Virus record (IMG/VR): IMGVR_UViG_3300037467_001979
Location: 1 to 35,156 of that record
Origin: a virus
Taxonomy: Duplodnaviria > Caudoviricetes
Reading direction: 5' to 3' (one strand)
DNA length: 35,156 nt
Position numbers and translations under genes: made by a program. Numbering within the stretch: position 1 is the stretch's first letter; every line of letters starts with the position of its first letter. Of this stretch, positions 26,325 to 33,792 are shown in pieces. The notes beneath the pieces are model-generated. The model was not told the origin of the DNA and ran no database searches. It saw only the letters and a list, made by a program, of their open reading frames with translations.

Positions 26325-27859
26325 CAGGTCTGTCCATAGGTTCCAAAAGAGGGGCCCGATGCTTTGTTTCTGACCAACTGACCGAACGCACCGGACGAGG
26401 CGTCGACCTGGTCTTTCAGGGCGGATCCGGGAAACAGGCAGAGCTCATCGAGATATGGGTCCACCCATTCCCCGGCTAGGAGGTAGACGTTCCCGAGCTT
26501 GCATTGAGCGGCAAACGGCTCTGCCCTGGTGATTTTGTCGCCAGTTTCGGGTTCAGCCGTGAGCGTCCATCCGGCGAGCAGGGTGGCGTAGTCGCTGACT
26601 TGCACCTTGCCGGCCTGTCCAGGATCTTGCGGCAGGCTGATCTTGACGGTTTTGCCATCGATCTCCGCTTGCTGCTTGATGGCCCCGCGGACGCCGGCGC
26701 CGTCTTCTCGGCAGGTGCGGACATGGCCAACGACGTAGGAGCCATTGGGCATCCGACCCATTTTCACACCGGCCGTCCTTGCACCGTTGCCGCCCTTCGT
26801 CGCTGCAAGGTCCCAATGCCGGACCCAGATTGTCCCAGCCGGTACCGTGTCGATGATTTTCCCATCGAACCAGGAACGCTTGAAGAGACCACCCTCGCGC
26901 GGGACTGGCCGCTGCTGGTACTGCCCAGCCCAGACGAAGGCCTGTGCTTTGAACGGCACAAGGCCCGCCTGCGTGAACCTCAACGGGTTCATCAGTTCGC
27001 CCTCGAAGGAGCGAGGATCGCGCCAGGGCAGGGGCGTCTCGCAACGCTGTTTCACCTCGAATTCCATCGGAATCCTGAGGTGGAGGAAACCCCAATCTCG
27101 AGCGAGTAATGTGCCGGTTAGGTCGCTGTCATGCAGACGCTGCATCACGACGACGATTGCGGAGTCTTCGCTCTCGATGCGATTGAGGCCACCTTCCAGA
27201 AAGCTCTGCACGGCTGATGCGCGTTCCTTCTCGGACTCGGCGCCATCAACGCTATGCGGATCGTCGACCAGTAGACGCCGGCCGCGTTTGCCGGTGAGTG
27301 ACTTGAAGGCGGCGCCCTCACGAAAACCGGTGTCGGTGTTCTCGAAGCTCGTCTCGCCAGTGCGGTTGAGCCTCACCTCGGGCCAGAGTGTCTGATACCA
27401 CTCCGACAGAATGAGATTGCGCGTCTTACGGGTGTCGCGCGTGACGTTCCCGGTCTCATAGGAAGTCGAGACAAAGCGATGGGACCTCATGCCCATCGGG
27501 CCCCATTCCCATGCCTGCCAGAGCACGGAAACGATCGTCGATTTCGACGAGCCAGGCGGGACGTTGATGATCAGGCGGGGATGCAGCTTGCCGAGTGTGA
27601 TCGCCTCGAGGTGATCGCACATCGCCTGCAGTTCCCAGCCCCAGATCAGCCGGGTGTTGGGCTCGATGATCGGCCAGGCTTCCTTGACGAAGCCGGCGAA
27701 GGTCTTGCAGCGCTGCCGGGTGGCCTCGGCGTCATTGGCGAGGCGCTGAAGCTCCGCCTCTCGCTGCCTACGAGCCTTCTCCCTCCGGATCTGCTCCAGC
27801 AAGACCGCCGGCGGCGGCAAGCGCAGAGATGACAGGTTCGAGGGCGGCAAGCTGCTCAT
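26324..27859 (-). CDS. terL: Terminase large subunit (start may be slightly downstream)
   Basis: Walker A INVPPGSSKS, Walker B LLVDD, VMQRLH, GQYQQRP, nuclease WDLA and KDQVDA. Confidence 0.95.
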   Translation of the reverse strand: MSSLPPSNLSSLRLPPPAVLLEQIRREKARRQREAELQRLANDAEATRQRCKTFAGFVKEAWPIIEPNTRLIWGWELQAMCDHLEAITLGKLHPRLIINVPPGSSKSTIVSVLWQAWEWGPMGMRSHRFVSTSYETGNVTRDTRKTRNLILSEWYQTLWPEVRLNRTGETSFENTDTGFREGAAFKSLTGKRGRRLLVDDPHSVDGAESEKERASAVQSFLEGGLNRIESEDSAIVVVMQRLHDSDLTGTLLARDWGFLHLRIPMEFEVKQRCETPLPWRDPRSFEGELMNPLRFTQAGLVPFKAQAFVWAGQYQQRPVPREGGLFKRSWFDGKIIDTVPAGTIWVRHWDLAATKGGNGARTAGVKMGRMPNGSYVVGHVRTCREDGAGVRGAIKQQAEIDGKTVKISLPQDPGQAGKVQVSDYATLLAGWTLTAEPETGDKITRAEPFAAQCKLGNVYLLAGEWVDPYLDELCLFPGSALKDQVDASSGAFGQLVRNKASGPSFGTYGQT

Positions 27860-28211
27860 CGGTCAATTTTGATAGGTCGAGGAACTGTATTGGACCGCCA
27901 TTTCCACCAGAGTGCCGGACCGCCACCGGAGCCTTCGAGTGCATGTACGGGGCGAGTTTTTCGGCCGCGCGTAGGGCAGCGTCCCACTTTTCCATCACGG
28001 CTTGCTCGTCGCGGATCCGCTTGTTGTTCTCCCAGCGCCAGGTGTCACGGGCCCAGAGCATAAGCTCGGTCATGACCTCCAGGGATGAGTCTCCCATCGC
28101 CAGGGCGCGCTTACGGGCCGCCAGCGTGATCTTGTTCGGGACGCCCTTCTTGCGGCCGGACCCCGGCCGACGACCTCCGCCCTTGTTTTTCTTTGGCGCT
28201 TCGTCGGTCAT
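27768..28211 (-). CDS. terS: Terminase small subunit
   Basis: GGRRPGSGRKKGVPNK N-terminus, AAEKLAPYMH, HSG..GGPI...DLSKLTDEQL C-terminus. Confidence 0.85.
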   Translation of the reverse strand: MTDEAPKKNKGGGRRPGSGRKKGVPNKITLAARKRALAMGDSSLEVMTELMLWARDTWRWENNKRIRDEQAVMEKWDAALRAAEKLAPYMHSKAPVAVRHSGGNGGPIQFLDLSKLTDEQLAALEPVISALAAAGGLAGADPEGEGS

Positions 28212-28271
28212 GGATTCACTCGGGTTTGCGGAACTGTGCTATGAATGCCGATATCGTCCGGAGGCGCATCG

Positions 28272-28478
28272 ATGTTGCGTGGTACGCCGTTTCAAGTCTT
28301 GGCACAGACCACCGTTTTCTGGGTCGTCTTCTCGCTCGGAAATGCCATAACGAACTGGCATCGCTTTATTGAGAACCCGTGGTCGACAATCGCACCGTCA
28401 GCGGCAGGGGCATACACCGTCGCCGCCGTCATCATTGCTTGGCGTTTTGTCGACACCAGATATCTGGATCGGAAGTAG
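28272..28478 (+). CDS. Small two-TM membrane protein (68 aa), moron
   Basis: GGAGG RBS; two hydrophobic segments; opposite strand to the late operon. Confidence 0.6.
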   Translation: MLRGTPFQVLAQTTVFWVVFSLGNAITNWHRFIENPWSTIAPSAAGAYTVAAVIIAWRFVDTRYLDRK

Positions 28479-28494
28479 GCGTCTCTCCGGCTGA

Positions 28495-28683
28495 TTATTC
28501 CCGCCGCTGCTGCTGTTCCTTTTGGCTGATCATCTGCCAATGCTCGATGCTGATGCGCTTGGGCTCGGGGCAGAACAGTTCGGTCACCGCCGGCGCCAGG
28601 AGATTGGCGAGCTCAGGTTCAACGATGTTCTCTTTGACCAGCCAGTTGGCGACGACCTGGCGCTTTTCCTGTTCGGTAGGCAT
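28495..28683 (-). CDS. Hypothetical protein (62 aa)
   Basis: TGATG-coupled to the zinc-finger gene; protein-like composition. Confidence 0.55.
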   Translation of the reverse strand: MPTEQEKRQVVANWLVKENIVEPELANLLAPAVTELFCPEPKRISIEHWQMISQKEQQQRRE

Positions 28684-28889
28684 CAGCGTCCCCGAATGAT
28701 CACAACATCATCGTCGCGAGCACCTGCCATGGCATTGCGATGCCTGGCCTCCGACAATGAGGCGCACGAGGTGCACCGAAGGACGCGCATCACGCTCATG
28801 GCTTCCAGGGCGCGTATCCGGGCCATTGGGATTTGCTCGCCGCAATCTTTGCAGGGTTTGCCAAACACAGGGCGCACGATCTTTGCCAT
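28683..28889 (-). CDS. TraR/DksA-type C4 zinc-finger protein
   Basis: CKDCGEQIPMARIRAL...RCTSCA; GGAG RBS before ATG 28889. Confidence 0.8.
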   Translation of the reverse strand: MAKIVRPVFGKPCKDCGEQIPMARIRALEAMSVMRVLRCTSCASLSEARHRNAMAGARDDDVVIIRGR

Positions 28890-28898
28890 GATGGCTCC

Positions 28899-28931
28899 AA
28901 ACAAAAACCCCGCGCGACTGGGCCGGCGGGG
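28899..28931 (-). terminator. Intrinsic terminator upstream of the first late ORF
   Basis: Minus strand CCCCGC...GCGGGG followed by TTTTTGTTT. Confidence 0.55.
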
Positions 28932-28973
28932 CGAAAATGTGATAGGAAGTCGTTACTAAAAAAGGCGGTTCAG

Positions 28974-29192
28974 ATGAGCACTCTGCTGCGGGCTTTGAAG
29001 ACCACCGGGAACGCGGCCTTGTGGGTCGGAATCCTGTTATTTTTGGTTTTGAGGGCCCCCTCTTACGAACATCCCTTCGCATTCTTCGGATCAATGGTGC
29101 TGACCGTTATCGCGGTGGATATGGCCTTTAGCTTCGTCACCGTCTTTTGTTCCGGCCTCGCCCGATATCTAGCGCGGCATCAAGCAGGCTAG
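28974..29192 (+). CDS. Small two-TM membrane protein (72 aa), moron
   Basis: MSTLLRALKTTGNAALWVGILLFLVL...GSMVLTVIAVDMAFSFVTVF; two hydrophobic helices. Confidence 0.6.
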   Translation: MSTLLRALKTTGNAALWVGILLFLVLRAPSYEHPFAFFGSMVLTVIAVDMAFSFVTVFCSGLARYLARHQAG

Positions 29193-29790
29193 ACCGCTCG
29201 CTCCCCACCCCGGTTCGCTCGCGCCTTCGGTGGTTTGTCGCCGAGGAGCCCAGGTCGGCCCCTTGCTCCCACACCCTGGCGCAGACATACGGGCCAAAGC
29301 CTCGTCCGTCTGCCTGCTTGAAACCTTCCGTCCCCGTCAGTCACAGATAAGGATCCCGGTCGCCCGGACCATCTGCACTCCAGCCGCGCAATATGCGGCC
29401 GAGGATCTTATGCATTCCGACGAGAGGGCTTAGCCCGCCAACATGTGTCCCCGTGCCCCATGCCACGCCGAAGCGGGATGGCTGGCCGCGTTCCCGCGCT
29501 TCCGGCATGTCCGTCACATCCACATCCAGTCGTGACGCCCCTGCGCCTTGCGGCGCCTCTCGTCGAACCCGTTGCCCGTTCGGGCGAATTATCGCGCTTG
29601 TTCCCTCCTGTTGGAGCGGCGCGCGCGCCGGTTCTCGCGTTCGGTCGCGGTGATGAACCAGAAAGGGTCACCGTGCCTAGGCTGGGCCGACCCCAGCCGC
29701 TGGGAAAGAGGCTGTCGCTGAGAGCCTCTCGGCTCTCTGGGAGCGCGGGGCGCTCGGTGGAAGGTGCGTTGCTCACACCTTCGGCGACAG
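29180..29790 (-). ncRNA. Candidate large structured ncRNA (~610 nt), family not recognised
   Basis: No credible ORF; many nested helices; GAGA, GCAA, GGAA and cUUCGg tetraloops all in minus-strand sense; candidate promoter immediately upstream. Confidence 0.6.
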
Positions 29791-29797
29791 TGGCGAT

Positions 29798-29826
29798 TTG
29801 ATGCCAATATTCGCGGCGATTGTCAC
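29798..29826 (-). promoter_or_regulatory. Candidate late/ncRNA promoter
   Basis: Minus strand GTGACA-N17-CATCAA; this would put the start near 29791, at the base of the first helix of the structured region. Confidence 0.35.
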
Positions 29827-29851
29827 CACCCCTTCGGAGGCCCAAAAATCT

Positions 29852-29880
29852 CATTCAAACCCCCTAGGACGGTTTGAATG
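29852..29880. promoter_or_regulatory. Perfect 10-bp inverted repeat (operator/activator site candidate)
   Basis: CATTCAAACC-N9-GGTTTGAATG, flanked by a further CCAAAAATC (29842-29850) / GATTTTTGG (29906-29914) pair. Confidence 0.5.
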
Positions 29881-29948
29881 GAGGCATATTTTCCTATTCC
29901 GAGGTGATTTTTGGCGCCACAAAACTACACACGGATACACAATTTCTA

Positions 29949-29983
29949 TTGACGTCCCGATGAATTTTGTGTATCACTACACA
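29949..29983 (+). promoter_or_regulatory. hicAB promoter with HicB operator
   Basis: TTGACG-N17-TATCAC. The -10 sits inside the palindrome TGTGT-ATCACT-ACACA (29968-29983), the TGTGT-N6-ACACA form described for RHH-type HicB. Confidence 0.7.
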
Positions 29984-30005
29984 CATCATCAACGGAGACG
30001 CCTGA

Positions 30006-30215
30006 ATGAATACAAAGCGTTCCCCGATGTCCCCCAAAGAGATCGTCAAACGTCTTGAGGGAGATGGGTGGGAGCTTAAAAGACGAGGGCCTGGCGATCA
30101 CAGGCAATACCACCACCCCATCAAGCCCGGCAAAGTTACGGTGGACATGGGAGTGAGGGAAATACCGACCGGCACTTTAAGGTCGATCTTCAGACAAGCA
30201 GGTTGGGCGTGGTAG
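30006..30215 (+). CDS. hicA: HicA toxin (mRNA interferase)
   Basis: EIVKRLEGDGW...GDHRQYHHP.KPGKVTV...EIPTGTLRSIFRQAG. Confidence 0.93.
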   Translation: MNTKRSPMSPKEIVKRLEGDGWELKRRGPGDHRQYHHPIKPGKVTVDMGVREIPTGTLRSIFRQAGWAW

Positions 30216-30266
30216 CGCCCAACCTCGTTGTCTTGGCGACGACCCCATATAGATGGGAGAAACGAC

Positions 30267-30668
30267 ATGAGCTCGTTTACATATGCCCTCATTCATGAGG
30301 AGAACGGAAACTTCGGGATCTCGTTCCCTGATTTTCCAGGCGTCGTGTCAGGCGGCGCAACTGCGGAAGAGGCTATCGCGCGGGGCAGGGATGTCCTGGC
30401 GTTTCACGTGGCCGGAATGGTAGAGGATGGCGACACCCTACCGGTGCTGCGGGGTTTGTCCGAACTGCAGCAGGATCCCGAGTTCCAGGAAGATAGCGAA
30501 GGGGCGGTCGTTGCGCTGGTTCCTGTCGATCTTCCTGGGAAACCGGTGCGGATCAATATCTCTATCGATGAAACGCTACTCGATCGCATCGACCGGGCAG
30601 CTAAGGCGCGCGGAGAAACCCGAAGCGGGTATCTGGCGAGCGCCGCGAAAGTCAGACTCGCGGGATAA
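30267..30668 (+). CDS. hicB: HicB antitoxin with C-terminal RHH domain
   Basis: FGISFPDFPGVVSGG.T.EEA and RINISIDETLLDRIDRAAKARGETRSGYLA; GGGAG RBS. Confidence 0.95.
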   Translation: MSSFTYALIHEENGNFGISFPDFPGVVSGGATAEEAIARGRDVLAFHVAGMVEDGDTLPVLRGLSELQQDPEFQEDSEGAVVALVPVDLPGKPVRINISIDETLLDRIDRAAKARGETRSGYLASAAKVRLAG

Positions 30669-30725
30669 AAGGGGGATGATGCCCGGTTCCCCTCAGTGAA
30701 ATAGACGGGCAATGGGACTAAAGCT

Positions 30726-30953
30726 ATGAGCAATCAAGTACGATTGTTTGATGTGATCCGACAGGCTGCTCCTCCGGATGTCAATTTTACATTGAAGCCG
30801 ATCAACGGCAAACCTTACGTGATCTGCCAGGAACGCCCGCTAACGGAACAAGAGGAGGACAGGATTAAACGCGCCGTCGCAAAGGCAGATCGGGGTATTA
30901 ATCGCGATTTAGGCTTTGGTTTCTGCAATCGTCCCAGTGAGCACCGCTTCTAG
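30726..30953 (+). CDS. Hypothetical protein (75 aa) downstream of hicB
   Basis: ATG with GGGA upstream; followed by a hairpin near 30974-31001. Confidence 0.55.
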   Translation: MSNQVRLFDVIRQAAPPDVNFTLKPINGKPYVICQERPLTEQEEDRIKRAVAKADRGINRDLGFGFCNRPSEHRF

Positions 30954-31255
30954 ATTTTCTCGAAACGTTGAGCGCCGCTATTCCTAGGAATGGTGGCGCC
31001 CCTTCAGCCACGCATCAAAGGGACCACTATTCCCGAGGAGAGTTATAATGTATAAGGAAGCAGCAGCGGCAGCCGGAGGAGCATAAATTCTTTTGATGGA
31101 AATTATTCAAAGTAAATGTAAATGAAACTTATTCGAATTTCGCATCGCACGCGGGACCATGTTACGGGATCGGCCCCAAGATTCCTCAATGACAATGTAA
31201 CAAATCTGATAGCGAACTATCTCGACAGTTTTTTTGATATCTGAACGGGTATCGA

Positions 31256-32134
31256 CTATTTCCGGATGCTCTCGGGAATGTCGCCCGGGTTGATTTCTTG
31301 GGGCTTCAGCATATTTTCGGCCGCTTGGATGATCTTGTGCGCGGCATCGATCTGCCCCTGATCATGAGAGGATTCTGTCAAAGCGGCTAGTATCTTTTGA
31401 AATACGTTTTCTTCTAAATCTCTGATAATGAGCGGGAGCGCCGTGATGCCATGTTGATCAATGAAATTGGCGTCTTTCGGTAGAGATACCTTTGCCGCTT
31501 CCAACAAATCCTTAGGGTCGACCAGGATGTCTTTCCTCTGTCGATGTATGATGGCGAGAAACATTGCAATGAAATAGGCCAGCACCCCTGAGTAGCTGGA
31601 ATACGCGGCCCAAACCGGTTCGGGAATGAATATCCTCTCCTTGCTTGGGTCTTCCATTTGCTTTTGCAAATCGACCCCACTGAACCGCAAAATAAATTCG
31701 GCGAATTGAACAATTTTTTCTGCCTCGACGCTGTCTTTGCCCGCAAGGTCGAGCATAAAATCAACTCGAACGCGCTCCATAAGGCCGACCAGATTTCTAT
31801 GGGGTCGGCGAGATAGAACAACTCGCCAGAGCTCCTCAAGAGCTTGAAGCCGACGTTTCTCAAGTGATGCATAGCGTTCCGATGCTACCGACAATGCACC
31901 CGATCTAAGAGCGGCGATCTGATTGTCTTTCTCTCTAAGGTCTGCTTTGAACCTCTCCTCAAGCCGATTTAGATTAGAAGTTAGGGTTGCTAGATTTCCA
32001 TCGTTTTCAGCTTTTATTTTGCCTTCGATGTAAGGTTTGAGAGTCCATCTCGCGACCGCGATTAGAGATCCAAGCGAAAATAAGGTGACCGGCAAGCTTT
32101 CCAAAAATTTGTCGATCAACAATTGCAATAGCAA
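31256..32134 (-). CDS. AT-rich hypothetical protein, N-terminal TM + coiled coil (292 aa)
   Basis: Long ORF in AT-richer DNA; hydrophobic segment at residues ~12-30 followed by heptad-like LTSNLNRLEERFKADLREKDNQIAALR. Confidence 0.75.
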   Translation of the reverse strand: MLLQLLIDKFLESLPVTLFSLGSLIAVARWTLKPYIEGKIKAENDGNLATLTSNLNRLEERFKADLREKDNQIAALRSGALSVASERYASLEKRRLQALEELWRVVLSRRPHRNLVGLMERVRVDFMLDLAGKDSVEAEKIVQFAEFILRFSGVDLQKQMEDPSKERIFIPEPVWAAYSSYSGVLAYFIAMFLAIIHRQRKDILVDPKDLLEAAKVSLPKDANFIDQHGITALPLIIRDLEENVFQKILAALTESSHDQGQIDAAHKIIQAAENMLKPQEINPGDIPESIRK

Positions 32135-32175
32135 GGCATCCTCCGCGATCGATGCACTTAATTCTACAGATTATA

Positions 32176-32889
32176 CTATAATCTTGTAAGGCTTTCCGCA
32201 ATCACCCGCGCCCCGACAAACCGCCACCGGTCCAGGCTCGTCCGGCTGATCACCTTATCGGGCGAGCACTCCGCAGGCTTCACGATGACGGTAGCCTGCA
32301 TGAGGCCTTTGCTCGCCAGTTCTCGCTCGAGGCGAATGACGGCATTCGCTCGGATGCGCTCGACACGCTCACCGTCGGCGGTTGCCAACTTCATGTTCGC
32401 CCAGGCAGCAACTTCACCGGCCGCCGCCTTCCGCTGCACGCCGCGCCGCTCGTTGACCTCGCGCTCGACAACACGGGCGATCTCGGCCGCTTCCCGCGCC
32501 CGGCCCTGCAGCACGCCATCGATCGATCGGCCCCAGGCCTTGCACATCGCCCAGAGATTGAGCGCGTCGGCCGCCAGCGGCTGATCGGCGAGGAATCGCG
32601 CCGGCCAGCCCAGCACCTCTTCCATGCGGCTGATCTGCGCCTTTGTGAGCGCGCGCTGATACTCCCGGCCGTCAGAGCGGAAGGAATATTCTTCGCCCAT
32701 CTCGCGCACGATCGCTGGCCAGCCGCTGCCGGGTTGCTTGGGGCCGACGGCACCAGGGATCCGGCGCAAGGTCTCGAAGGCGTCGACCATACAGGTCATC
32801 ACGGCCTTGACCCTGTCGGCGCTGGTGGGGGAGGCGAGATCGATATCCAAGTCGGCATGGTGGCTATCGGCGAGATCGCGAGCGAGCAT
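32176..32889 (-). CDS. DUF6362-like protein, possible late-gene regulator
   Basis: DAFETLRRIP...WP...AQISRMEEVLGW pattern. It is the last gene of the coupled block before the late leader, the position where Q-like regulators sit. Function is inferred only. Confidence 0.6.
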   Translation of the reverse strand: MLARDLADSHHADLDIDLASPTSADRVKAVMTCMVDAFETLRRIPGAVGPKQPGSGWPAIVREMGEEYSFRSDGREYQRALTKAQISRMEEVLGWPARFLADQPLAADALNLWAMCKAWGRSIDGVLQGRAREAAEIARVVEREVNERRGVQRKAAAGEVAAWANMKLATADGERVERIRANAVIRLERELASKGLMQATVIVKPAECSPDKVISRTSLDRWRFVGARVIAESLTRL

Positions 32890-32960
32890 CAAATTCCATT
32901 CCTATGAGATAAGGTCGACCTAACATTTGCGTTCCAGAAATCGGAGAAAGGTCGAGCACG

Positions 32961-33170
32961 ATGTCGGAAGCGGGAGACCAGGTTTTGCGCGCCCAGATCA
33001 CGATGCTGACCGTTGCGATCGAGGCGCTGGTGCGATCCTTGGAGGCCAATGGAACGCTGATGCCTGGGCAGTACGCTGCCTCTCTCTCGGTTGACCTTGA
33101 GAATCCCGACCTTCATCTGGCACCAATGGCTCGTGAACTTCTCGCAGCGTTTCGCCAGCAGATGATGTGA
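32961..33170 (+). CDS. Small helical protein, paralog A (69 aa)
   Basis: Aligns by eye with 33187-33399 (AIEALVRSLEANGTLMPGQY / AIEVLVLCLERNGVLERGQY). Confidence 0.75.
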   Translation: MSEAGDQVLRAQITMLTVAIEALVRSLEANGTLMPGQYAASLSVDLENPDLHLAPMARELLAAFRQQMM

Positions 33171-33186
33171 GGGCAGGGAGGCCGCC

Positions 33187-33399
33187 ATGTCCGACGACGA
33201 CCGTGACGTCATGAAATCGATGATCGAGGCCAATTCCGCCGCGATCGAGGTGCTGGTGCTCTGCCTGGAGCGCAACGGCGTGCTGGAACGCGGGCAGTAT
33301 CCGGAAGCCCTGCGGGAGCACATGGAGGTGAATCTTGAAAAGATGTCGCCGATGGCGCTGGCGCTGCTGGCCGACATCAGGGAGAGCCTGCTGCACTGA
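33187..33399 (+). CDS. Small helical protein, paralog B (70 aa)
   Basis: GGGAGG RBS; paralog of 32961-33170. Confidence 0.8.
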   Translation: MSDDDRDVMKSMIEANSAAIEVLVLCLERNGVLERGQYPEALREHMEVNLEKMSPMALALLADIRESLLH

Positions 33400-33477
33400 C
33401 GTCGAGCCGGCTTGCCACCGCAAGTTGCAACGCGAAGGAACAACTCGTATCTCCAGCGGTTAAGGGCGCCGGGAGAA

Positions 33478-33738
33478 ATGAGCATGAACGAAAAGAACAC
33501 CTGGAGCAGCGCAGTTAGGTTCGAAACGGGGCTCGGGAAGTACGAAACCATTGGCGACACCGAAGACGCAGTTCGTTTTCTTGCCTCGCACTGGCCGATC
33601 GTTGGAGGAGAGGCACACGAGTTGGCCAAGGAGATTTGCTTCGAAGCCTTGGAGGGGTATGTGCCCGCCGACGATGCGCGAGACGCGTTCATCGAAGCTT
33701 GCTGTGAAGCTCGGATATTCGTCATGTCGTCGGCGTAG
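33478..33738 (+). CDS. DUF982-family protein
   Basis: W..AV......G....I....DA..FL..HWP..GG.AH..A...C..ALEG......AR.AFIEA..EA.I pattern; GGGAG RBS. Confidence 0.8.
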   Translation: MSMNEKNTWSSAVRFETGLGKYETIGDTEDAVRFLASHWPIVGGEAHELAKEICFEALEGYVPADDARDAFIEACCEARIFVMSSA

Positions 33739-33792
33739 AGCTGCGACTTGCTCATCTCACCACCCCAGCCAGACTGAGCGCGAGAAGGAGGG

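Noticed and set aside
29180-29790. tRNA, tmRNA, RNase P or group II intron identity for the structured region
   Set aside because: No cloverleaf/TPsiC arm with CCA, no RNase P conserved GGAAAGUC core, no group II domain V recognised.
29341-29854. ORFs overlapping the structured region (29408-29854 -, 29445-29801 +, 29589-29807 -, 29393-29653 +)
   Set aside because: Arg/Pro/Gly/Ala-rich translations typical of non-coding GC-rich DNA, with no convincing RBS or motif.
31040-31085. 13-codon minus-strand ORF MLLRLPLLLPYTL in the AT-rich spacer
   Set aside because: Too short and no clear RBS; cannot be supported from sequence alone.
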